From Minutocellus sp. GHC0000111 (lineage: Eukaryota), in contig OZ361260.1 of NCBI GenBank assembly GCA_977018835.1, forward strand, positions 3,410,001-3,474,000: DNA of 64,000 bases, read 5' to 3'. Below are positions 49,401 through 61,209 of the stretch, piece after piece. Position 1 is the stretch's first letter, and each line of letters opens with the position of its first letter. Under the pieces are notes generated by a model. It saw nothing but the letters and a program-made list of their open reading frames with translations. It ran no database searches and was not told where the DNA came from. The position numbers and the translations under genes were made by a program.

Positions 49401-51758
49401 CAGAAGAAGCGTCGAGAGCTAGTTCGTGAGAACAAGAAAACGTCGCGATTCACCAATGACTTCCTCGAGGCTTTGACAGATCAAGAGATCACTGAATTTG
49501 ACGACGATACCAAGGCCGAGTTTGAAGCACTTCCCGGCCCATCGTGCTTTAGCCGAAGCAACGTAAATGCCATGGTTTCCAAGATCCACGAGGAAGATGC
49601 CTTCGAAACCGAGACACTCGTCGTTCTCACCTTGGAGGAAATCGAGGCTAGGGAGGACGAGATGCTTGCTGAGATGAACAAGGAGCTTGCCCAATACGGT
49701 GACGTTGAAGCAGTCTACGAACGTTCTGATCGAGAGACGACGGCTAAGATTGACAAGTTGAAAAGGGAGATCAACGACTTCAAGGAATCTTTACTCACGC
49801 TCCCCCAAGTCCGGGCTTCTGCTATGGACGGACTTCGAGATGCCATTGAAGATGGAACTATCAAGGCGCTCAAAACGGCCATCAGGGCTGCTGAGAATGC
49901 ATGGCTTACTAGTGATGACGATGAAACAGGCGGTGTCTGGGCGCTGGATTTGCTCCGTGATGCCAACCTTGAGCTCTCCTCGGCTGAGAAGCGTAAGAGA
50001 GTCACCCAGGCTCAGCGAGATCTCATTGCCAAGCGCAACAAATGCTTCGTTCGTACCGAGCCCATCGGCCAGGATAAGTATCGTAATAGCTTCTGGAACT
50101 TGGACAACGACGATGAAGGCCGTGTTTGGGTCGAGGCTGAGTACGCTCTCAAGGCAAACGACTCCGTGCCAGACGACGAAAACGATGACAACCTGGTGGA
50201 ATCAACCGAGGGCGTCAAGATCGGCGTCGACGATGAAGAAAAGGATATGTTGAGCGATGAACTCTACTTCGTCGATGGTGCTCGGGATAAATTTGTGCAC
50301 TTCTCCAGACAGGAGTATCATTCTTCTGGTTTGGTGGCCTCCCTCGCGAAGCGTCACTGGGGCTGTGAAGCAACTGACAAATCGTTGCGCATGCTTATGA
50401 AGAACCTCGACGGGAGAGGTCTTCGCGAATCGGCTCTCAAGAGCAGTCTGAAGGAGATTGTCGAAGCAATCGCTGTGGTTTCGGCTGACGGAGGTGCCGA
50501 CGATGACGCCGCCAAAGTTAAAGATGAAAATGCGAAAGCGGCATCTCAAGCAGATGCAAAAGGCAAGGACGCCAAGGCCAAGTATCAGACGACCGGCGAC
50601 GACGAAGAATTCACCAAGGCGGTATCTGCGGGCGCTGGCTCAGCTTGTCGCATAGCGTTTGACCTTATTGAGGATGTGTCTTCGGCTATCAGCCAGCGCG
50701 TGAGGCTTCGCAAGGTCGAAGATCCGGTCGATGCCCCTGAAGAAGCCGAGTATGTGATGGGCACCGTTACTGGCTGGAAGATGACCGAAATTGTTTCAGA
50801 TGTTGGACAAGAAAATACCGAACCGAGCGAAGAGAATGCCAATGGTGAAACTTCGACTAAAACAGCCCCTGTCTGGGTCGTCGATATTGATAATGGTGGT
50901 GAGGAGGAGCTATCGGCCGTCCAAATTGTCGAGGGCGTATCTCGATATTTGATGTGGCGAACACAATATGATGGCTACTCGGAAGAAAATTTCAACCTTC
51001 GGGAATACAGAAATGGTTTGGGGCGCTACTGTGGTAGGGCTGCCGATGCGCCGTATGCTTCTACACCCGCTTTCTTGGCATGGCTCATGATCAAAAAGGA
51101 GCAAGATTTGTATCCTCCCCTCAAAAATCGCGTCTATGAGAATGAGTGGGGTGGTAAGAGTGGGGCTCGAAATGCTTGGGTTGCATCAATCAAGGAGTAT
51201 GGCCATGATCTTGCCACCCTCCGAAATGGTCTGCTGACGCTTGAAGAAACTTTCTTCAATTTCTGTGGTCGATTTGATGCTCATGCCGGCGTTCCAGAAC
51301 TGGAAGCGGCCCTAAAAGACCAACGCACTGGCAAAGAGATTTTGGAAGATGACAAGCTGGTCTTCGAGATCGAGCTAGAGACTTTTGGCCAGGCCGCAAA
51401 GATGGGATTGTGGAATTCTCCCATCTCAAGAAAGGTCTTTCAGCAAATTGTTTTGGGAAAGTGGCAGTGTGTGCTGAGCGAATGTGCTGCATAGCTCTTT
51501 GCTTATTGAACTATTGTGAATATCATCTCACCTATCTTTATCATTTCGTTTCTCGTTACAGACTGTAAGAATGTTGGCACTCTGGCTCTTTGCCTGGATT
51601 TATTATGTCGCAATGCCAAGGGTTTCCTCGATGCAAATCAAGTCAAGACTACGACAAGAAACCAAGCTGTGGCATCATTCGAACAGCCTGAGTTGGTTTG
51701 GGGAACAAGCCGCCGATCTGCCGCGAGGCAGACTTCGTATTCTCAGTTTTTCGATTGA
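46490..51758 (+). CDS. BAZ2/TIP5-like ISWI accessory chromatin protein: degenerate bromo-like + MBD + DDT + WHIM1 + WSD; introns 46768-46897, 47227-47342, 47886-47988, ~51457-51561
   Basis: MBD: GKYDTVFYSQAGKRLRSMIAVAKFL. DDT: DLLMCWDFLCTFSRPLSLEPISLDDFAAAL. WHIM1: GYTDLSPIQKLSIMRVLVE. WSD: RTEPIGQDKYRNSFW and LMKNLDGRGLRESALKSSL. Exon phases are consistent. Confidence 0.85.
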
Positions 51759-51875
51759 TTTAAAATAAATTAGATGCGCACAATCGGAAAGTAGATCTAA
51801 CTATATTCTATGCTTGATTGCAAAGACTTGTATTCTACCTAGAAATCTAAATTAGATCAGAAGCTTTTCCTCTTC

Positions 51876-52372
51876 TACCTTCTTGCTCTATTACGCATGA
51901 CCTGCATCGCAAGCATTGCAGTGAGCGCATCAGAGACTCCTTCGTCGGCATTGGCGCTATGATGGTGGATAACTTTCCGCCCGCCGCGCACAATGACATC
52001 ATCAGGACTCTTCAAGCCAGGAATAGCCTCCGCGTCGCCAACCCAGTACAAGATATGTCAGTCGGCGTGTCCCTATGCTTGCAGATGAACTGTTCCGTTT
52101 TCTCCTCCGCTGAGACACATGCCGAGGGGCTGGCGAAAGTCGACGTCAAGGCTACTGTTGCCTTGCTCATGAATGTGATTTATGCCGCAATGAGCAATGC
52201 ACACCCATTTTCTATCGACGCCTACAAACAGCTGAAAGTCGCCAGAATCGCTGTTGTCACATTCGATGTAGCAGCCTCGAATGTCGTCCTTCTTTTGATT
52301 CTTGCCTTTGGTGTAACGCATGACTTCCAGCCCGCCAGCGTCGACGACGATGCGGCTCGTATTGGCTGCCAT
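51876..52372 (-). pseudogene. Small orphan ORF interrupted by two in-frame stops
   Basis: MAANTSRIVVDAGG...HLQA*GHAD*HILYWVGDAEAIPGLKSPDDVIVRGG... The frame stays protein-like past both stops. Confidence 0.4.
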
Positions 52373-52583
52373 GGTTCGTCGTCACAATCGTGGAAAATGA
52401 AAAAAAAATGAGCCATTGGCCATTTTGGAACCCGGAAGGGCTTTCCAGTACCGTACCGCGGCATGGGCGCATGCATGGCGAGATGAAGTCAAGTCGAAAG
52501 TCGAGAGAACCATCACATGACTGAAGGCAAGCAAAGCAAAGAGAGCAACGAAACCAACATAAATTCTGAGTAGCAAACACATC

Positions 52584-54314
52584 ATGAAGACGAAAGCATC
52601 TCCGCTGGTATCGCCATGCCTGGAGTCCACGCGGTGCTATCTGACTTGCGCCTCTCGCGACGTCCTTCTTTCTTGCAACTCCAGCGCAAAAGTAGGCACC
52701 AAGATGAATCTAGCTGACTCGTGCAGCGTCAATGAAGAATGGTCCATTATCCCTATGGAGGATGGTCGCGTGGCCTTGTATTCACTCAAGACCAAACGAT
52801 ATCTTTCAGCCGGAGCGGGCGGTGCGCATGGCAGCAGAGATGGAAAGTGCCAAATCGCCGCAGTAGAGGGCTGTGACTCGGATCAGCAGCGATGGAAAGT
52901 CGAACCATCGTCGGCTGAGAAGGGTGGCATCCATCTCCTCTCGGCGGCAAGGAAGCAGTCCAAGCTGGCGTGCAATGAAGATGGCGAGCTGTATTTATCC
53001 GAAAATATTTACGAAGGTCTGGGAGAGACGTGGCATATTGAATTCCTGAGTGGCGAGCTGTGCTACATATCTTCCCAGAATTCTCACCACGACGTCCGTG
53101 TTCGATGCGATCCCACTGGAATTCTCGACGTTTCTGAGAACTGGAAGGGCTGGGAGGTTTTCCGTTTCATTGAAGCTGGAGATGGCAGAGTTTACATTTC
53201 GTCGTGGACGCACTCGAAATATTTCCTAAGTTCGAATTCTGATGGGAGAGTCGCCGCTAGAAAGAAGCGGACAGCAGATGAGAAGTGGTTGGTCAAGAAG
53301 AGCAAGGATCAGCCGGGGGTTCTTATCATCTCCCAGCAACACGGCAAGGCCTTGGCCACCAATGGCAGACGCTTGATCACAATGGATCCATTTGATATTC
53401 TTGCGTCAGGCGATGGCGGCGACGTAGACGATGGTGACTCAAAGAAATGCTTTAGCGGGCTCTGGGATCTCGTGGCTGGGAATAAAAACACTTTCTTCGT
53501 TGCGTCCAATTCGAGCGGCCAGTGCATCGGGTCCAGTCCCTGCAAGAAGGCTGGTCCATCTGATGCCATTATGACCAATAAACGCAAGGCTTGGCAGCAG
53601 TGGACTTTATCTGAAACGGACGATGGTTCAATAACCTTGAAGAGCAGCGCTCACAACCTCTACATTGGAGTTGACAAGAGTAACAAGGTCACGCTGAACC
53701 AAAATGCTGGTCCCAACGAGATGTGGTCGCTTGAGGAGTCGCCACACGGTGGTATCTATCTAATTTCCGACGAGCATCGTGTCTGTCTGAGCTGCAATGA
53801 GTCTGGCGTCCTCGGGGCGGTATCGGGAAAGGATGGTGCAGAAGAGACTTGGACGTTAGTGCGCTCGATGTCATCTAGTCTCAGTGGGCCTGTAATTGGA
53901 ACCATGGTGGGACTTGGGCTTGCTACCGCTGCTTTTGCATGTGCCGCTCCATTCATGGTAACTGGTGCAGTAGCAGCTCTGGGATTTGGAGAGGCTGGCA
54001 TTGTTGGTGGATCAACAGCTGCAGCGATGATGAGCGCTGAAGCGATGGCTGCCAGCACAGGTGGAGTAGCGGCGGGAGGACTAGTCGCAACATGTCAGTC
54101 GATAAGAGCTGCAGGTTTGGGATTTGTCGGTACATCGACCGCTATCGCTGGTTTTGCTCTAGTTGGTGGAACTTTGTCTGCGGCTACGGTTGCTGGGGTC
54201 AGTAATGCGAGCAAGAAGAAGTCTGACCAAACAGCCGATGAAAATAGTAAAGAAGGAGTGGATTGCCTTGCACCCACAACCAACCGACCCTTTTGTGCTT
54301 GGCGCACATGGTAG
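52584..54314 (+). CDS. Fascin-like/beta-trefoil repeat protein with C-terminal IFI27/ISG12 (Ifi-6-16) domain
   Basis: Repeated E.W.I....DG.V.L.S....YLS units. C-terminus APFMVTGAVAALGFGEAGIVGGSTAAAMMSAEAMA..GGVAAGGLVATCQSI.AAG is the ISG12 motif. Confidence 0.8.
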   Translation: MKTKASPLVSPCLESTRCYLTCASRDVLLSCNSSAKVGTKMNLADSCSVNEEWSIIPMEDGRVALYSLKTKRYLSAGAGGAHGSRDGKCQIAAVEGCDSDQQRWKVEPSSAEKGGIHLLSAARKQSKLACNEDGELYLSENIYEGLGETWHIEFLSGELCYISSQNSHHDVRVRCDPTGILDVSENWKGWEVFRFIEAGDGRVYISSWTHSKYFLSSNSDGRVAARKKRTADEKWLVKKSKDQPGVLIISQQHGKALATNGRRLITMDPFDILASGDGGDVDDGDSKKCFSGLWDLVAGNKNTFFVASNSSGQCIGSSPCKKAGPSDAIMTNKRKAWQQWTLSETDDGSITLKSSAHNLYIGVDKSNKVTLNQNAGPNEMWSLEESPHGGIYLISDEHRVCLSCNESGVLGAVSGKDGAEETWTLVRSMSSSLSGPVIGTMVGLGLATAAFACAAPFMVTGAVAALGFGEAGIVGGSTAAAMMSAEAMAASTGGVAAGGLVATCQSIRAAGLGFVGTSTAIAGFALVGGTLSAATVAGVSNASKKKSDQTADENSKEGVDCLAPTTNRPFCAWRTW

Positions 54315-54839
54315 AATGGATTTAGTTAGTAGTAGAGTATTGCAGTGTTTCATCTAAATTTACTTATATGAAACAACCAAACTATTGTCCGTGTTTGATG
54401 TCCCAATAAGCTTCCCCGTCTTCGTCGAGGCTTCCCCTTTAGCCTCAAGTCCTTGCCCATCGTCCAGCTTAAATCTAATATCGGTTGAAATTTCACCAAT
54501 CCCTTTCCCACCGTCCAAATTCTCGCGATAATAGCCAATATGCCCAACCATAGAGGGATGTGTCTCCAAAAGAGCCAGCTTAGTGCCGACGATGAAGTCA
54601 AAGTTAAGTAGTGTGTCCGTGGGATAATTCTTAGCGCTCACCGTTTCTCGATCGGAAGAAGTGACTGAGACCGGCGTGGTGGAGCCCAACTCCAAAGGAT
54701 AGAGTGTGGCTAGGCTCATCACCCTTGCCTTCACCCTCCCGCCCGGCGACCGACCCTCACATTGCTGGAATGGCGTTTGGCGAGTAGCCTCGCAGCCGCC
54801 AACTACATCACATACCACTACTGGAAAGAGTTTGTGGGC

Positions 54840-57005
54840 ATGCCGTCCAAGAAGCGAAGGCAGAATGGCGCCACGGGTCGAGAAGGGAAGCCTGGCGTTT
54901 CGGCAAAACAAAATCGAGGAGGCTCGTTAGCTTCAAACTCGACTTCAACTTCGGCATCCCTACGTGTACTTCCACTCATTGCCTTTGCCGTCCTGTCCTC
55001 TCTGGCCCTTTACGGCAACACCTGCGAGAATGAGTTCGTATATGATGATTTGGTGGCTGTAGTTCAGAATCCTGATGTTCGGGGTGAACGATCGATCTCG
55101 GATCTTTTCAGAAATGACTTTTGGGGTGCCACGCTTGCATCGCCTGGATCGCACAAAAGCTACAGACCCATCACCACGCTTGCGTATCGGCTGACGGCAT
55201 CGTGGGCAGGCATGGAACCGAGAGCCTTTCACATTGTCAACTCGTTTGTAAACGCTGTCGCGGTGGGATTGGCAGTCAAGTGCATTGATCTTGTGTCGAG
55301 GGATGTACAAGGGATGGGCGGCAACAAAGATAAAGATCCTCCTCGGATCTTTGGGATGCCTACATTTCAAGTGATTGCCACAGCACTTTACGTGTTCCAC
55401 CCGATTCACACTGAAGCGGTAAATGGAATCGTCGGTCTGGCCGACTTGCTTGCTGCCACCTTTGGATATCTGGCTTTTATCTTTCATGACATGGGCATGT
55501 CCAACACAACAGATGTCGCACGGCAAACTATCCATCTCTTGATATGTTTGGTTTTGTCTTGGTTATCCGCATTGTCCAAAGAAACGGGTCTCATGACCCT
55601 GGCAACATGTGGCGCCAGAGAAATAACACGATATTGGCTGCCATGGTTGAGTAGAAAAGGCAACAACTCAATTCAACCATCCATTATTCGATTTACATTG
55701 TTGGCCTCTACTGGCGTTGGCTTCCTTTTATTTCGCAAATCCATCAACGGGGAAAATACTGGAATTGTGCTGGGAGATTCAGTATGCGACAATCCCTTGG
55801 TCACGGCAAAATCGACGCTCAGCTATGTGTTATCGGCATTGCTGGTTTTATCCGTCTATCTTTGGAAATTGATCAATCCTTTTGCAAAATTAGTCTGTGA
55901 CTGGGGCTACAATACAATTCCTTTGATTGAAGGTTGGAACGATTTGCGTAACTTGGCCATTCTTGCCGCCATCGGTGGTGTCACAATGGCAATCACAATT
56001 GGATTGAAAAAGGCAGTTGACAAGGACCATCCCGATGGAAGATTGCTCATCGGACTCGCTTGGGTCATTGGCCCGCTGCTTCCTGCGTCACATATATTTA
56101 CTATTGGTACTGTGTTAGCTGAACGATTGCTCTTTGTGCCGTCATTGGGAAGCTGTATGCTGGTTGGCGTTCTTGTAGAGCGCTTCCAAGCATTGTCGAG
56201 TCAAAAGAGGAGGTCTAGCGTTACTGGCAATTTTCAAGCTGTCATTGTTCCTCTCCTCGTCCTTATTTTGGCCGTCCTTGCACAGCGCATATCGGCAAGG
56301 AATGCAGACTGGAAGGATAACAGGACACTGTGCAATAGAGATTTCCACACGAATCCAAACAACGTGAAATTGGCCAAAGCCTATGCATCAGAGCTCGAGC
56401 TGGCGGGGAAGCTTGATGAGGCGTTTCACGTGATAAAGGATGTAACGGGGCTTGGTCCGTACCAGCGGGTCGAAGTATGTCTGGTGAAGAGCCGGGTGAT
56501 CGCCATGTCTTCAGCAGCAGGGCGCAACTACGATCTTGGGCATAGAATATTGGATGAGTGCATAGCGGAAGTAGAAGCTTTGCCCAAGATGACAACAAAT
56601 TCACATCAGCTTTACGGGAGCAAGGCGTATTTGTTCCATTTTCAGGGCAAGATCAAGGAGGCAGTGCCTTTCTTCGAGAGGGCAGCGTTTGTTGCCGAGA
56701 AGGTGGATAAGCGTAATCTGCAGCCCGTTTGCAATGTTGGCGAAATATACGGCGCTGTCAATAGATGGGAGGAAGCAGTTGGGCATCTCGAACAATGCGT
56801 GGCTTGGGGCGAGAGGGCAAGAGAGGTCAAGGAACGACGGGCCCCCGCGCTTGCCAATCTCGGGGTCGCTTACATGAGGACAGGACAATATGCCAAAGCA
56901 AGCTCCGCACTCAAGAAGTCCATTAATCTCCATCAAACAGACCAGGCCATCAAACACTTGAATGAACTCCAAAAGTATCTAGAGAAACAAAACAAGAGTA
57001 ATTAA
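54840..57005 (+). CDS. TMTC: TMTC-family protein O-mannosyltransferase (TM + DUF1736 + TPR)
   Basis: FVYDD..AV.QN.DV, NDFWG..L....SHKSYRPITTL, HPIHTEAV.GIVG.ADL, SKETG, DNPL, IGTVLAERLLFVPSLG and C-terminal TPRs. Confidence 0.93.
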   Translation: MPSKKRRQNGATGREGKPGVSAKQNRGGSLASNSTSTSASLRVLPLIAFAVLSSLALYGNTCENEFVYDDLVAVVQNPDVRGERSISDLFRNDFWGATLASPGSHKSYRPITTLAYRLTASWAGMEPRAFHIVNSFVNAVAVGLAVKCIDLVSRDVQGMGGNKDKDPPRIFGMPTFQVIATALYVFHPIHTEAVNGIVGLADLLAATFGYLAFIFHDMGMSNTTDVARQTIHLLICLVLSWLSALSKETGLMTLATCGAREITRYWLPWLSRKGNNSIQPSIIRFTLLASTGVGFLLFRKSINGENTGIVLGDSVCDNPLVTAKSTLSYVLSALLVLSVYLWKLINPFAKLVCDWGYNTIPLIEGWNDLRNLAILAAIGGVTMAITIGLKKAVDKDHPDGRLLIGLAWVIGPLLPASHIFTIGTVLAERLLFVPSLGSCMLVGVLVERFQALSSQKRRSSVTGNFQAVIVPLLVLILAVLAQRISARNADWKDNRTLCNRDFHTNPNNVKLAKAYASELELAGKLDEAFHVIKDVTGLGPYQRVEVCLVKSRVIAMSSAAGRNYDLGHRILDECIAEVEALPKMTTNSHQLYGSKAYLFHFQGKIKEAVPFFERAAFVAEKVDKRNLQPVCNVGEIYGAVNRWEEAVGHLEQCVAWGERAREVKERRAPALANLGVAYMRTGQYAKASSALKKSINLHQTDQAIKHLNELQKYLEKQNKSN

Positions 57006-57299
57006 TAAGCAAGCAATGGCTCGGAGGGTGGGGAGCACGTGATGGTAAAAATGTAATTATTATAATGAATTTGCCGGGCCTTTCGACATCAAAATGGTGG
57101 GCATAGCTTTCACTCTGTCCCCTTTCTACGATTCGCAGTATCTGTTTTTATATACGGCATCAATAATCGCCGGCCGACTTTCCCAAATCGACCTTTGCCA
57201 AAATGCTCGTGCCGGCCGTGTCGCCAGCCGCCAAGTCCTCCTGCCGCCAATGATTCTGCTCTGCCTCTTCATTCATCGCATGAAACAACTTTTGATTTA

Positions 57300-58143
<844 letters not shown>

Positions 58144-58260
58144 GGTTGAACGATAAGCTTTATGTGGTGGAAAACAAACACAATCCTCGTCAATACCAAT
58201 GAAATGCCCAACCAAGAGCCACACGAGTTGTGTGCGTTGGATGGAGCGAGAGCGGCGGGG

Positions 58261-60902
58261 CACAGCCCCATCTCGTCTTGTTTCGCCGGTCGGATGAAGC
58301 GTTTTTCGGCAGAAGACGAACACGTCACGAAGAAACCCACCAAAACCCAATCTCGTTCGTCACCCATTCTTTGACCGTCCAACACCATGGTGGTCCGTCG
58401 GCGTTGCGCCGGCGTGTAACTATATTTTCGTACCAAACACGCATTCATTATCATGTTTGGATATAGTTGAAGCTTACTGTATCCTCAGATTGGCCTCCGC
58501 TGCGTATCAACGCCACGAACCATCGGCCTGCTTTTCCTCCATCTGTCGGCCGTTCGTTTCTCTGGGGTGGCACCATTGCTCCGTCTTTGTGCTCGTCGTG
58601 CTCCCGTTGTGATGCCCCAGACCCTCTGGTACTTTCCCACGTTGTTGTTGATGATAAACTGCCGGGATTGCGCCGCACCCCCCGTATGACCGACTCTCGC
58701 TGATCCCGACCGATCGCATCCCCACTCGACCTCTCCCGGAATTCCGAGACAATAATTTTGCGCCCGAGGAGAGACAGATAGTATTGGGATAAGTTTATGC
58801 AACAATCAACCCGACAAAGGGACTTTTTGGTCTGGGAGATAAATGGGTGAGTTAAGAAGGACGTGATGTGTTTGTTTGGGTGTACTATTTACTTTTTTGC
58901 TCAATCGCGATACTGTTTGTAAAAGTTGGACTATGCAATTCATTTGTTGTTGTGTAGCAGTGGTGTAATTTCATTTTCTAATTTTACACATGCCCTGCTC
59001 CCATCTCTACATCCTCATCTCCATCGGTGGCCATCATGATCATTTGTTGGCGCTTGTCATCAGTTTCTGCTTTAACAGCTTCGGTCCTTGTCCTTTTCCT
59101 TGTTCTTGCCACACCCGAGAGTTTCGCTCCCGCCTCTCCTCGACCTTTGGATTGGATGCCCTCTCCTCAGCCTTGAACTGCGCCGTCTGTTGGGCCTCAC
59201 ATCCCTTGACGCCCTGAGTCCGACGATCTTCCTTAACGCCCTCTTGGTGGGCTCGCTCTACAAACGATTCGTCGAGCCAACAGATGCCGCCCCATCCATT
59301 CTTCACTGCTAGCCAAATGTGTTGGTCCAAGATGTGATCTTCGAGTAAGTGCCACTTGGGCGTTGTGCTAATGCCGATTGCCCGTGCTTGCTTGAGGGCA
59401 CTTGCAATCAATGCTTCAAGCTCTCTCACAGCCTTCTTTGCCTCATCATCCCATTTCATGTGCCATTTCAGAAAAACCTGGAAGAATGTGTTGCGTCAAG
59501 AGTGTGGAGCAAATTAGAGCAAGCTTTGCAGAGCTCTTTGATGTCGTCATCCGTCATGCCATCTTCCTCGCGATTGTGCTCTAGGAGAGTTCCTTTGGTG
59601 GAGGTGTTGTGGTGGATGAACTCTGTTGTCCTTGGTTTCTTCTTGTTGTTGTTGCCATCAGAAACATTAATAGACAAAGCTCTCCAGCATTCTGCCAGCA
59701 CTGCCCTTATTTTACCTGAGTCGGCCGCCTCAATGCCGGCCTTTTTCAGGAAATGGAAGTGAGGGGCATCGTCATCCTCGGCATCATCGACAGCTCCCAT
59801 CTCTGGCTCGCCATCACCGTGCTTCTGACGATTCTTCTCAAAGTGCTGCTGCATGTGTGTGCGCTTCATGTGCAGCGTCCTCTCTTGCAATGTCAGCTTC
59901 GTCCTCACAACAGGGCACATAGTCCTCGTCTTCGTCGTCATCGTCCTCACTGATCTCGCCGGCCTCCGTCGTGGTCAGGGTGCCCACCGTCCCAACATCG
60001 TCGTCATTGTCCCACCCATCGTCCTGGCCATTGTCACACACCCACCAGGGAACTTCTGGGCCTCGAGCAACATCTGCCTGTTGATTTCGTAGTCCATCGC
60101 CGCACATCCCACCGATGTGTGTGGTGCGACCGACTTGAGGAATGCATTACATGCCGTCATCAAATTGAGCCGCGGCGGCGGCGTTTCGAGGCGAAATTGT
60201 TGCTCTCGACCGTGACCATGTCGAAAGCCATCCATCCATCATCATGGAGAGCGTCGGCTGCACGAGGATTGATAGAACCGAGGCGAACAAATATGCTCTT
60301 TTTGTATGGGGTTCGCTGAACGTCGTCGGCAAGGCAGTGTCTTGATACCATTTCATCCCATCCATTCTGGTTGTCTGTCCTCACAAAAAACACATCGCAG
60401 TCTTCGTGTGTTTCTTCTTCTTCAAACCCAAGATGCCCGCAGTGCACATGACGGCGCCGTACATGATGGGACTGCATCCCAACACATTCATCAAGGAGTC
60501 GTTGTTGTTGCCGATGAAATTGTAGCAATGAAGTTCCTTTCTGCGAAGACGGACGAGCAGTTCAGCCAGGGCGTCCTCCTGCACCGACGGACCGCAACAA
60601 CTTCTGTCTGCGGTGTTGACCGCGGGATTGCGGCCGTTGTTTTTTTTGCTCATGGAGAATTGTGGATCGAGACCAACGGGAATATCACCAGGATGTCGGG
60701 AGTACCTGGTTGGTCTCGTGCCGTAATTCTCCCGCACCAGCGCGAGATATCGCCTTCGTTCTGCACGTAGCGGCGGCAATTTGAATTTTTGCCGCCATGG
60801 TGGCTCGCGTTGGGCGCGCCGGTCGGTTGCTTCGCGCGCCGGCCGGCCACCGAAAGTGCGACCAAAAGTATGCGAGTCATCCGGCTGGCAGATGGTGCTG
60901 TG
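58261..60902 (-). mobile_element. Chapaev/CMC-like non-autonomous DNA transposon copy B (2642 bp) with both TIRs and 4-bp GGGG TSD; degenerate transposase ~60798-58984
   Basis: Left end CACAGCCCCATCT, right end reverse-complement CACAGCACCATCT (1 mismatch), flanked by GGGG on both sides. Encodes the TPKWHLLEDH...DESFVERAHQ motif. Confidence 0.85.
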
Positions 60903-61209
60903 GGGGGGCCGCCGCGCGGGGGTCGGCGGGTGCATGTGCCACGTGGCATATCATGTACCATGGTAATGATGATGTAATCGAAATCTCCACTCGCTACGTA
61001 CGTACGGCTGACGATGATCACGACATCGCCGTTTACCTAGTAGCTAGCTAGGTACGTTTTCATCATCCATTTCTCTCTTCTCCGAAGAAGGAACTCAGTT
61101 CATGCTGATCTTATCCATCGTCAAAAGGTCTCTCGTTGTTCGCCGATCTCCGCCCAAACGCCTAATAAGGGCCCTTAGCTGCGCTGTGCAAAGCAACAGT
61201 CCTTGAAGC

